Shown in pieces: positions 25,781 to 37,900 of a stretch of DNA of 64,000 bases. The stretch is from contig NW_027251843.1 of assembly GCF_044704955.1 (NCBI RefSeq), forward strand, positions 434,001-498,000, read 5' to 3'. Origin of the DNA: Pristiophorus japonicus (Eukaryota). The notes beneath the pieces are model-generated. The model worked only from the letters and a program-made list of their open reading frames with translations, made no database searches and was not told the origin of the DNA. Position numbers and translations under genes: made by a program. The stretch's first letter is position 1, and every line of letters starts with the position of its first letter.

Positions 25781-26062
25781 AGATGTCGTTCAGTGAAATA
25801 GTTCTTCAATATTTGAAGCAAAGCATCAGTTTATTGAGTAAAATACCAATAATAATTAATAAATAAAGGCAGCCATCTACAACTGTGTGAGGTTTTGGAA
25901 CTTTACCAGAAAGTCAGAGGGTTTATTGCTGAGTAAACTCTTGGCTTGTCACTTTGTACTGCTGCTATTCGGTAAAGCTGGTGAAGATATTATTTATTTC
26001 AACTAACACAACCGCGGCCCACTTTACATGAGCCTCACTTTGTTCTTTCCATATATAAATAT

Positions 26063-27150
26063 GCACCCAATACCCTCAGACCCTCCACACCCCACTCAAT
26101 ACCCTCAGACCCTCCACACAATACCCTCAGACCCTCCACACCCCACTCAATACCCTCAGACCCTCCACACCCCACTCAATACCCTCAGACCCTCCACACC
26201 CCACCCAATACCCTCAGACCCTCCACACCCCACTCAATACCCTCAGACCCTCCACACCCCACCCAATACCCTCAGACCCTCCACACCCCACCCAATACCC
26301 TCAGACCCTCCACACCCCACCCAATACCCTCAGACCTTCTCCACCCCACTCAATACCCTCAGACCCTCCACACCCCACTCAATATCCTCAGACCCTCCAC
26401 ACCCCACTCAATACCCTCAGACCCTCCACACCCCACTCAATACCCTCAGACCCTCCACATCCCACTCAATACCCTCAGACCCTCCACACCCCACTCAATA
26501 CCCTCAGACCCTCCACACCCCACTCAATACCCTCAGACCTTCTCCACCCCACTCAATACCCTCAGACCTTCTCCACCCCACCCAATACCCTCAGACCTTC
26601 TCCACCCCACCCAATACCCTCAGACCCTCCACACCCCACCCAATACCCTCAGACCTTCTCCACCCCACCCAATACCCTCAGACCCTCCACACCCCACTCA
26701 ATACCCTCACACCCTTCCCTTCCCACCCAATACCCTCAGACCCTTCCCTTCCCACTCAATACCCTCAGACCCTCCACACCCCACTCAATACCCTCAGACC
26801 TTCTCCACCCCACCCAATACCCTCAGACCCTTCCCTTCCCACCCAATAACCTCAGACCTCCTCACCATACCCAATATCCTCAGACCCCCCCACCCAATAC
26901 CCTCAGACCTTCCCCACCAATACCCTCAGACCCCCTCAGTCCACCCAATATCCTCAGACCTCCCCCACCCCACCCAATACCCTCAGACCCCTCCCACCCA
27001 CCCAATACCCTCAGACGCTCCCCACCCCACCCAATATCCTCAGACCCCTCCCACCCACCCAAAACCCTCAGACCCTCCACCCCACCCAATACCCTCAGAC
27101 CCACCCCCACCCAATACCCTCAGACGCTCCATCCCACAGAATATCCTCAG
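26063..27150. repeat. 29-bp C-rich minisatellite (AATACCCTCAGACCCTCCACACCCCACTC), degenerating to the right
   Basis: Direct periodicity (ATACCC at 26121 and 26150). Confidence 0.95.
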
Positions 27151-27308
27151 GCCTTCCCCACCAATGTTCCCTTTGTGCTTTTGTACTGAGTGGACCAGAA
27201 ACTCCTTTTAGCACAAAATTCTCACTGGTAGGCAATGTTTACAATCAAAATATTTACAACAACTTTTACAAGAACGACAGCAGCAGCAACCACTTAAACA
27301 CACATTTG

Positions 27309-30300
27309 GGACTCAAATTTCCGCAAGATTTGCCCCGTTTTTTTTCAAGTAAGTAGCTTTTTTTGGAGTAACTTAAAAATCACAAATTTCCCCATTTACC
27401 TTGCTCCAGTGTAAGTTAGTTATTTATTTTTTTTTCTCGTTTAGTTTGTTTTCTCCTAAAGGGGGCGTGACAAGCCACTTATGCCTCTTCTGGCCCTCGA
27501 AGCAAATTTGGTCAGCTGAAAGTTACTCCAAACTAACTTAGGCCAGCATATGTGGCCACTTTTGTAGGCACAGATTTAAGAAATCAGCGCAGGTAGCCAG
27601 AGATAGTGGGGGTGCGGGGGGGTGGAGGGGGGGTGGGAGGTGAGTTAGAGGATTCTAAAGCACTAAAAACCTTCACAAAATCAGCACAACATCACTAAAT
27701 ATTCAGCACAACGTCATCAAAAATAAATGAAAGATAAATCAGCTACTGAAAATAGAGCAGTCCTACCTTGCCGACTGCAGAACGCACCAGCTAGGTGGTG
27801 AAGAAGGCAAATGGCATGTTGGCATTCATAGCGAGAGGATTTGAGTATAGGAGCAGGGAGGTCTTACTACAGTTGTACAGGGCCTTGGTGAGGCCACACC
27901 TTTAACATTGTGTATAGTTTTGGTCTCCTAATCTGAGAAAGGACATTCTTGCTATTGAGGGAGTGCAGCAAAGGTTAACCAGACTGATTCCCAGGATGAC
28001 AGGACTGACATATGAAGAAAGACTGGATCGACTAGGATTATATTCAATGGAATTTAGAAGATTGAGAGGGGATCTCATAGAAACATATAAAATTCTGAGG
28101 GGATTGGACAGGTTAGATGCAGGAAGAATGTTCCCGATATTGTGGAAGTCCAGAACCAGGGTCACAGTCTAAAGATAAGGGGTAAGCCATTTAGGACCAA
28201 GATGAGGAGAAACTTCTTCACTCAGAGAGTTGTGAGCATGTGGAATTCCCTACCATAGAAAGCTGTTGAGGCCAGTGCGTTAGTTATATTCAAAAGGGAG
28301 TTAGATGTGGCCCTTATGGCTAAAGGGATCAAGGGGCATGGAGAGAAAGCAGGAATGGGGTACTGAAGTGCATGATCAGCCATGATCATATTGAATGGTG
28401 GTGCAGGCTCGAAGAGCCGAATGGCCTACTCCTGCACCTATTTTCTATGTTTCTATATTTCTATGTTTCTAGCCCTCCCGCCAGGGCTAGGGGGGGCAGG
28501 CAGGCATGATTGTAATGGTGAGGGATTTTTAATTTTTACAGTTGTCCCTAAATATTGCGTGGTCCTAATGGAGCATGATTCAGTTTTAATGCAAAATATC
28601 TTTTATTGGATATTTTACAGTGCACTTCAACGACGACAACAACAACAACAACAAAAAAAGGCTGCACCCAATCCTCACCCACATCTCAGGGAAAGTGCAC
28701 TTCCTCATAGGGTTGGTGATGATGGTGTGGGGGTTGGGAGCCCGGCTTGGGTCTGACCAGTGGCTGGTGCATGGATTGAAGTGGGCGTGGCATTTGAGTA
28801 ACCGGCCTTTGTGCATTTTTGCAGAAACTAGCTCCCTCATGGCATCTGCCATCGTCTGCACACCCTCTGAAATGCCTGCCCTCACTTCCCGTCTCAGTGC
28901 TGATATTTCACCCGACAGTGTCGCTATCTCATCACGGACCCCACTGACGGCCTCCACAAGTGATCTTGTGAGGGCATTAGTCTCCTCAACCAATGCAACA
29001 ACCTGATCAACCTCTGCTGAGGGCTGCATCTCAGGAGAGACTGGTCGGTTTCTCCTTCCCCTCGCCGTGGGTCTGCCTAGTGGCACCCCTCCAGTGTGGG
29101 ACACAGGCTGGGACGGTGGGGGACTGGGTGTCCCAAGATGCATTTCACAGCCGCCACTGGGACCCGCGACCTCGGAAGGTGTGAACCCATGGAATGTTGC
29201 CGAGGAGCTCATGGAGGTTTCTGGCAGTGTGATGCCCTGTGCTATGTCCTGATCCATATCGCGGTCAGCATTCTCCCGTGGACACATTTCCATGGATCCC
29301 TCCTCCCCCCACCCGCCTTGGTCTGGCGTGCACGTTTCTGGATCCTCTGGTGGCTCTTCAGGATGTTGAGGAGTATCTTCTTCTTCTGCAAAATACAACA
29401 GAACAGTCAAATGGTTAACAGCACAGGAGGGGGCAGGATGGGTGGCATGAGTAGTCTGATGCGTAGCAGGCCAGTCAGCAGGTTGTTTTGAAGGGCGACT
29501 ATACATTTTAATGACTCACCCTCACCCTTGCGTGTGGGTCCAGCTTGTACAGAGCTGATTCTTTTTCTGCCGGTGCGAGTCAGCAAGGCAGCAACCCTCT
29601 GTTCCAGGGGTGACAGTAGGTACAGATTTGGCAGCTCTCCTCCTGTTCCAAGTCTTTCCCTTTTGTTGTGGGCCAATTTCTTCTGCAAAGATGAAAATAT
29701 TAATTTTCAGACATGGTGCGCTTCTGATGGGTGGGACACATACAGATGATCACATTTTTAATTGCAATTCAATTTAAAGATAAAGATATTAGTTACACTC
29801 ACGACTTGACCAACGTCCTGCCATTTCTTCTTGCACTGGCTTCCAGATCCTGCTGTATTGACCCCTGCAGAGTATTCATCTGCAACTAAGTTCCATCTTC
29901 TTCTCCTTGGGTGAAGCTTTTGACGGACCACTCTTGCTGATATCCAGCTCCAGCCATTTCTCCTCAACAACAGTCACTGGTTTCTCCACTTCCTCATCGA
30001 GGAAACTCTTTGTTCGTCTTACACGCTCATGCGCCATTCGTGTATTGGACTCACATTCAGTTAATGTTCAAAAATCACACTTGTCACCTTTCTTACACCT
30101 ATCCAGCGCTCCTTTCCACTCCCTCAGCCACACAAAAATCACTATTTAAAGCTTACCTTTATATATGGTCCATTACCAATGATACTGAGGATGCTCTCCC
30201 TTTTATTGGCCGCTTGCCAAGCTTCCGGTTGCACTGCGCATGCGCGCACGTTGAAACGCCCATTGCGCACGTTGAAACGCCCATTGCACATGCGTGCATG

Positions 30301-30583
30301 CTGAACCGCCCATTGCGCATGCGAGTTTGCTCAAACAGACATGTGTCCCCCTGCTGGCACTCCACAAGTTGCTGGATCCAAGCCGCGCCCCCCTGCTGGC
30401 TGCGCTGAGCAAGTGCGGCCGAAGCTCCGCCCCCCTGCAGGCTCTGCAGCACCATGCCGATGGATCCGGATGCCGAGGGAGCGGCCAAATTAACAGGTAC
30501 AGTTTGGGTGCTTTTTTTGCCCCAAAAAGTCAGCATCCCACCCCTAACTACACTGCTTTAGGTGGCTGGGGAAATTTGTGCTC
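27309..30583 (-). mobile_element. Harbinger/PIF DNA transposon derivative with only the Myb/SANT-like gene (ATG ~30036, three exons); CR1 inserted at 27790-28470
   Basis: TIRs GGACTCAAATTTCC / rc GAGCACAAATTTCC; SQCKKKWQD and KKLAHNKRERLGTGG..LSPLEQRVAALL peptides with GT-AG introns; no DDE nuclease seen. Confidence 0.8.
27790..28470 (+). mobile_element. CR1 LINE 3' fragment
   Basis: Close to 11770-12440 including the TTTCTATG tail. Confidence 0.92.
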
Positions 30584-30617
30584 ATAGAGTTATGCCATAT
30601 TGGCACGTGTCCATCTC

Positions 30618-31505
30618 AAAAAATCTGCAAAAGGATATAGACAGACTAAATGAGTGGGCAAAAATTTGGCAGATGGAGTATAATGTTGGAAAGTGTGAGG
30701 TCATGCACTTTGGCAGAAAAAAATCAAAGAGCAAATTATTATTTAAATAGAGAAAAATTGCAAAGTGCTTCACTACAGCGGGACCTGGGGGTACTTGTGC
30801 ATGAAACACGAAAGGATAGTATGCAGGTACAGCAAGTGATCAGGAAGGCCAATGGAATATTGGCCTTTATTGCAAAGGGGATGGAGTATAAAAGCAGGGA
30901 AGTCTTGCTACAATTTTACAGGATATTGGCGAGGCCACACCTGGAATACTGCGTGCAGTTTTGGTTTCCATATTTACGAAAGGATACACTTGCTTTGGAG
31001 GCAGTTCAGAGAAGGTTCACTAGGTTGATTCCGGAGATGAGGGGATTGACTTATGAGGAAAGGTTAAGTAGGTTGGGCCTCTACTCATTGGAATTCAGAA
31101 GAATGAGAGGTGATTTTATCGAAATGTATAAGATTATGAGGGGGTTTGACAAGGTGGATGCAGAAAGGATGTTTCCACTGATAGTGGAGACTAGAACTAG
31201 AGGGCATGATCTTAGAATAAGGGGCCGCCCATTTAAAACTGAGATGAGGAGGAATTTCTTCTCTTAGGGTTGTACATCTGTGGATTTTGCTGCCTCAGAG
31301 AGCTGTGGAAGCTGGGTCATTGAATGGATTTAAGACAGAAATAGACAATTTCTTAAACGATAAGGGAATAAGGGGTTATGGGGAGTGGGCAGGGAAGTGG
31401 TCCTGAGTCCATGATTGGATCAGCCATGATCGTATTGAATAGCGGAGCAGGCTCGAGGGACCATCTGGCCTACTCCTGCTCCTATTTCTTATGTTCTTAT
31501 TTTCT
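30618..31505 (+). mobile_element. CR1 LINE 3' fragment (second subfamily, TTCTTATG tail)
   Basis: WQMEYNVGKCEVMHFG, RPHLEYCVQFW, LYSLEFRRMRGD. Confidence 0.93.
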
Positions 31506-31865
31506 TAAATCTTGTGACAAGATTCGATACAGGTTTAACATAATTTCTCTGCTTTTGAATTCTAATCTGCTAGAAATGAATTTATTGCTTTATTTTCACT
31601 GTTGTGGCCTTATTACCCTCCGTTGCTACTGTTAGTGATTTGTGTACCTCTACCCCTCGATCTCTTTGCATCTCCACATCATTTAGACTTATTTTCCAAG
31701 GGTTGGCAGGTTCCTTATCCCTTCTACCATTTTTCACCACGTCTTACTTATCTATACAGAAAATCGTTTGTTATTTACATGTCCATTTTGCAAGCTTGTT
31801 TACGGTAGAATTAATTAAGAGCTTTTATTTCTTGATGGACAAACTCTATTTAAACAAAATAACTT

Positions 31866-32661
31866 GTCAGAAATGAGTGGGATATAATGGAACTGCATAA
31901 TAATACATTCACACTTCAGAAACGTCACTGAGTTACACGGTTGTGCATCGACAAACAATGGAAAAGCCCAAGATGAGCTGAAAGAGGCATAGCTATTCGA
32001 GCAATTTGTATTAATTATAAAGTGGTCAATGTATGAGCCCCCTCCATCATGTCACTACAGCAACGGCTGCACATACAGCCGGAGCAGGGCCTTTCCTATG
32101 GTGCTGACGTGCTGTACGTCCACATAAGTAATTAGAATATTCATCACAATGCAAACAGACAACCAACAAATATAAAGCCATAGTTCTTTAGTTCATGGTA
32201 TTAAAAAGAATTGAACCAAAACGGGACGCGAATTTCCAACTGCAATCACTTCCATTATTAAACGTGGTCTTCTTGAAACAGCACACCCCCCAGGTAACAT
32301 GTCAGAAATGCAGCACTTATTCACCAGTGCAGAAAAACACATACACACAGTGTGTCACCAAACTAAAAACAAAAAGCAGGAAAAGCAATCATTGAACAGA
32401 AATGTACAGGCATCTTTCTTCCTGGACAGGAGAACCAATCAGACTGACTTGGAAATGTTTATAATATGGTGACATGAAGATGTTCATTTATAAATTTTCC
32501 TTCTAATGTTTTTCTCTCAAACATTCGGCACAATATTCATCCGTGCTTTTACCACGACGTGTTAAATTATTCAGCAAACTTCCCAATTAAACTTCATTGT
32601 ACTCTTAATTTTTATCTATTATTTTAAAGATATATACTAAATCGAAATTGTACATGATCAG
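31866..32661. repeat. Segmental duplicate X1 (direct copy of 46523-47319)
   Basis: About 800 bp of non-TE-looking AT-rich sequence, roughly 95% identical by eye. Confidence 0.95.
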
Positions 32662-35600
32662 TGTGGTGTATGTAGCACACAAATCACTGACTCCACACGG
32701 TCTGGTGTAAGTCTAACTGCTATGACCTTCGTCCTTTATTGTTCAGCTCCAGAGTGCCTCCCAGGTGTGGTGGTCAGCCTTATATGGCCTTTTTTTACAG
32801 GTACTACCAGGGTTTCCTACCGCAGCGCCCACTGTGGTGTGGCATAGTACTTACAATACATTTAAGGTACTGGGACGATACACACATCATTACATAACAT
32901 CACCTTCCCCCCCTCCACCTGGACGCAGGACAACGATACACACATCATTACATAACATCACACTTGTCCAACGGAAGGCAGGTGGGCATAGACAGTGCGT
33001 TAGTATGGTACATATTATCTGGTACATTAACTGGTTATTGACTGGTAGCGGAACCTTGATTTCCTTGTTAGCCGTTATCATTAATTGTACTTCATCCATT
33101 ATTTTATACAAATACAGTGGCCATTCAGCATAAAAAAAGTAATTCTTATTATAAATTCACTATCTCACATTAACATAGCTCATTTTAGACTCGCTCTGTC
33201 AAACAGAAGTCCTTTGTGGGGACTACCTCTTTGTAAAGCCCTTTTAAGACTCCTGGGTGCATTTCCTCTTTAAGGTGCCATCTTTGATGCAGGAGGATTC
33301 AACGAGGCTTCTCCTTGGGCGCCGCCATCTTTGATGCTCTGCAGCTCCGACACGATGCCGCCGCCATCTTCTTCTCCGCCGCTCTGAATGCCCTCCGCCG
33401 TCGCAGCCTCCGCTCCCCTCCGCTGCCACCTGACTTGCCGCCTCTCCTGCGGCCGTCGTGGCCTCTCCAGCGGCCGCACTTGCCGTGTCCCCCACGGCCT
33501 CCGTAGCGGCCTCCCCTGCGGCTGCCATAGCCACCGACCGACGCTACCAGCTCCTCGGCGGGGCCCGCCCAACGGCCTCTTCCTCTGCGGGGCCCTTGCG
33601 AACCGCCGGCCCCTGGATCCCTCAGCACCCCGCCCGCAGCGCCCCGCCGGCTCACCCCCCCCCCTCCACTCGGCCCGTCTGTGCAGGGCTGCTTGCCTGT
33701 GGGGGCTGGGGCTGCAGGGTCTCTGTGTGAGATCCGGGCCTGGGGCTTGCCTGTGGGGATTGAGGCTGCAGGGTCTCTGTGTGAGATCCGGGCCTGGGGC
33801 TTGCCTGTGGGGGCTGGGGCTGCAGGGTCTCTGTGTGAGATCCGGGCCTGGGACTTGCCTGTGGGGATTGAGGCTGCAGGGTCTCTGTGTGAGATCCGGG
33901 CCTGGGGCTTGACAGTGGGGGCTGGGGCTGCAGGATCTATGTGTGAGGTCCGGACCTGGGACTTGCCTGTGGGGGTTGAGGCTGCAGGGTCTCTGTGTGA
34001 GGTCCGGGCCTGGGACTTGCCTGTGGGGATTGAGGCTGCAGGGTCTCTGTGTGAGATCCGGGCCTGGGGCTTGCCTGTGGGGGCTGGGGCTGCAGGGTCT
34101 CTGTGTGAGGTCCGGACCTGGAACTTGCCTGTGGGGGTTGAGGCTGCAGGGTCTCTGTGTGAGGTCTGGGCCTGGGACTTGCCTGTGGGGATTGAGGCTG
34201 CAGGGTCTCTGTGTGAGATCCGGGCCTGGAACTTGCCTGTGGGGATTGAGGCTGCAGGGTCTCTGTGTGAGGTCCGGGCCTGGGACTTGCCTGTGGGGAT
34301 TGAGGCTGCAGGGTCTCTGTGTGAGATCCGGGCCTGGAACTTGCCTGTGGGGGCTGGGGCTGCAGGGTCTCTGTGTGAGATCCGGGCCTGGGACTTGCCT
34401 GTGGGGATTGAGGCTGCAGGGTCTCTGTGTGAGGTCCGGGCCTGGGACTTGCCTGTGGGGATTGAGGCTGCAGGGTCTCTGTGTGAGGTCCGGGCCTGGA
34501 ACTTGCCTGTGGGTGGATTGAGGCTGCAGCTCCAGCTCGGTCGGCGCTGCTCTCTGGGGACCCAGGGCACGGCAGCATCCTGGGGAGCAGCAGCCTGTGG
34601 AGTGATGAAGTCTTCCCAGCTCCCACGGACCATCCCCATCCACCTCCGGCCGAGGAGCGTCGGCCCATCGCCTGCAATGACTCACAAAGGTAAAGCGTGC
34701 GTCTCGTCCCGGTGGGATACCTGCACCATCGCTCTGCCGAGAACAGGTATCAGTTCCCTGGTGTAGGTACGCAGCTTCGCCGTGACCGGGACCAGCTTGG
34801 GTCGTGCAGCTGGGTTAATCCACAGTTTATCAAAAGTTCTCCGACTCATCAACGACGGACCCGAGCCCGTGTCCACTGCCATACTCACTGGGACTCCGTT
34901 GATTTTTACTTCCCTCATCACTGGGGGCGAATCGTCGGTGCACGTATACAGTCCAAGCACCTCATCTTCTTCGACCTGCTCCTCGCTGAACAGTGGATCA
35001 TTCCCCATCTCCTCAGCCACACGGTGAGTCTGATTTCTTTTACACATACGCTGAAGGTGGCCTTTAACGTGGCAGGTATTGCACGTATACTCCACAAACC
35101 TGCACCGGTGAGCCCCATGGCTTCCTCCACAGCGCCAGCATGGTGCTGCTTGATTGGCCCCCCCTCGGCGAACTCTGAGCTCCAGGATGCCGAGGTCCGT
35201 GCTCTCTGCCCTGGGCAGAGCCACGTTCTGCAGTTTTGTCCATGGTGGGCGCTATCCTGTGGACAGTGCCTGCCGGGTTCGAGACTGTGTGGATTATTTG
35301 CTTGGTGCTACAAGTCGAGGTCATATATGCCCAGCTGATGGCGATGGCCTTTGTCAGGGTGACTGTGGGTTCCGTGGCCAGCAGCTTGTGAAGGAGGCCC
35401 TCGTGGCCAATCCCCATAACGAAAACGTCCCACAAAGCCTCATCAAGGTGTGCCCCAAAATCACACGGCGCCGCGAGTCTCCTGAGGTCTGCAGCATATT
35501 TGGTGACATCTTGGCCCTCGGGTCTGCAGTGATGGTAAAATTTGTATCTGGCCATGAGGATGCTCTCCTTCGGTTTCAACTGGTCATGAATGAGTTCAGT

Positions 35601-36099
35601 CAGCTCCTCGTATGACTTGTCCCTGGTGCTCCCCGGTGCCAGCAAATCCCTGACGAGACAGTAAACCTCATCGCCACAACTGGAGAGCAATATCGCCTTA
35701 CGCTTCTCTCTCAGTGCGTATGTGTCCTCCTCAGGTCGTTTGCTGTGAAGTAGTACTCGAGCCTTTCCGTAAAGGCCTCCCAATCATTGCCCACGGTAAA
35801 ATCCTTTAGTGAGTCCAGAGTAGCCATGGTTGCGTGGAGTTCGTCCGCTTCCTTGTCGCCAATGTGGTGTATGTAGCACACAAATCACTGACTCCACACG
35901 GTCTGGTGTAAGTCTAACTGCTGTGACCTTCGTCCTTTATTGTTCAGCTCCAGAGTGCCTCTCAGATGTGGTGGTCAGCCTTATATAGCACCTGTTACAG
36001 GTACTACCAGGGTTTCCCACCGCAGCGCCCTCTGTGGTGTGGCATAGTACTTACAATACATTTAAGGTACTGGGACAATACACACATCATTACATAACA
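32662..36099 (-). mobile_element. Non-autonomous Gypsy LTR element (gag + protease only); LTRs 32662-32899 and 35863-36099
   Basis: ~237-bp LTR pair with TG..CA ends; tRNA-Ser-like PBS TGGCGACAAGGA (~35850-35861, -); CWRCGGSH..C and CNTCHVKGHLQRMC knuckles; VDTGS protease; RT and integrase replaced by GC-rich DNA. Confidence 0.92.
33692..34528. repeat. 54-bp G-rich minisatellite (~15.5 units) inside the LTR element
   Basis: Unit TTGCCTGTGGGGGCTGGGGCTGCAGGGTCTCTGTGTGAGATCCGGGCCTGGGGC. Confidence 0.97.
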
Positions 36100-36194
36100 G
36101 ATTGAGCGATAAATATTGGCCAGGACACCAGAGTGGGAATTAACCCACAAATTCTGAATCAGAAGCGAGTATGCTACCAACTGAGCTACTGTCT

Positions 36195-36655
36195 GATACC
36201 ATTTGGCCCATCGTTTCTGTGCCGGCCGACAAAGAGCTACCCACTCTTTGTTGGCCGGCACTAATCCCACTTTCCAGCTCTGGGTCCATAGCCCTTTGGG
36301 TTACGGCACTTGAAGTGCACATCCAAGTAATTCTTAAATGTGGTGAGGGTTTCTGCCTCGATCACCCTTTCAGGCAGTGAGTTCCAGACCCCCACCACCC
36401 TCTGGGTGAAAAGGATTCCACTCAACTCCTTCTAATCCTTGTGTCAATTACTTTAAATCAATGTCACCTGGTTAGTGACCCCTCCACTGAGGGAAATTGG
36501 TCCTTTCTAACCACTCTATCTAGGCCCCTCATAATTTTATACACCTCAATTAAATCTCCCCTCAGCCTCCTCTGCTCCAAAGAAAACAACCCCAGCCTAT
36601 CCAATCTTTCCTCATGGCTAAAATTTTCCAGTCCAGGCAACATCCTCGTAAATCT
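36195..36655 (-). mobile_element. CR1 LINE 3' fragment
   Basis: RLDRLGLFSLEQRRLRGDLIEVYKIMRG. Confidence 0.85.
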
Positions 36656-37197
36656 TCCTGTGTGCAATTGGTTGAAAAGCATCTTGGGATGTCCTGAGGT
36701 TATGAAAGGCGCTATATAAATTCAAGGTTTTCTTTCATTGAAGTGGGACGGCCCTGATCCTGACCCTCGGCCATTGTCCGCGCACTCTGACCTTCCAGGA
36801 GGTCACGGGATCATTTGGAGCAGTGACTCTGTACACTGAGGCTAATTGTATCCTCACCCTTGACCTCACCCCGGTGCTGGGCAGCAAGCTTTTAAATGCA
36901 ATCTAGAAGCTTCTACACCGACACCCAACATGAAGCCTTGCTGAAGTGTGTTTATACAAGTGTGCCGCATGTTCCCGGATAAACTTCTCCCGATCTGTGT
37001 GTGATCTGAGCTTTCTCACTGCTGAGCCTGTTTCCCCTGTATCCACTCATCTACAGTTCGAGCTTCCTGCCAGTGAACAGCGTCTTAACGGGACACTCAG
37101 TCTTCACCGACTCTTACTGTTAACCATTTCAGTGCTGAATGTGTGCCAACCCTGCACTGCAGATGTTTATACAACAGTCCAATATGATTTTGAGTAT

Positions 37198-37665
37198 CAG
37201 CTGTGGCTTAGTGCGTTGCACTCTTGCCTCTGGGTCAGAAGGTTGTGGGTTCAAATCCCACTCCAGGGCCTTGAGTACAAAAGTCTAGGCTCACACTGCA
37301 ATGCAGTGCTGAGGGAGCGCCGCACTGTTGGAGGTGCCCTCTTTCGGATGAAAAGTTAAACTGAGCCCTGTTTGCCCTCTCAGGTGGATGTAAAAGATCC
37401 CATGCCACTATTTTGAAGAAGAGCAGGGGAGTTCTCCCCGGTGTCCTGGTCAATATTTATCCCTCAATCCAACATGACAAAAGAACAGATTATCAGGTCG
37501 TTATCACATCGCTGTTTGTGGGAGCTTGCTGTGCGCAGATTGGCTGCCGTGTTTCTCACATTACAACAGTGACTACTCTCCAAAAGTACTTCATTGTCTG
37601 TAAAGCACTTTTGAGATGTCCGGTGGTTGTGAAAGGCAAAATATCAATGTCAGACTTTCTTTTTT
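37198..37665 (+). mobile_element. tRNA-derived DeuSINE-type SINE
   Basis: Box B GGTTCAAATCC; Deu-like core AAAGATCCCATGCCACTATTTT...CCCGGTGTCCTGGTCAATATT. Confidence 0.85.
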
Positions 37666-37900
37666 TTATAATCACCTTAACATCAAACGCATTTATATTT
37701 CGATTAAACTTATCAAGAGAGGCAAAGAAGATTATGAATTAGTGTTGCTCACCTCTAATGGTTCATCGCCAGCCAGGAGTTCATTAACCCAGCTTTCCGT
37801 TATCAGATGTGAATTATCCCCACACGGAAACACCCACAGTGACACACACACACACAGACACTAATATACACCTATTAAACATCCTTCTCCTCCCTTTCAG

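Noticed and set aside
32346-32377. RSS-like CACAGTG...ACAAAAAGC (also at ~47003 in X2), tempting as a kappa-deleting-element analogue
   Set aside because: The best nonamer is 16 nt from the heptamer (not 12 or 23), both copies face the same way, and no V coding sequence precedes it; at most a cryptic heptamer
33270-34766. ORFs of 471, 446 and 361 aa
   Set aside because: Products of the 54-bp repeat and GC-rich TE interior
37198-37270. tRNA-like sequence with box A/B
   Set aside because: Head of a SINE, not a tRNA gene
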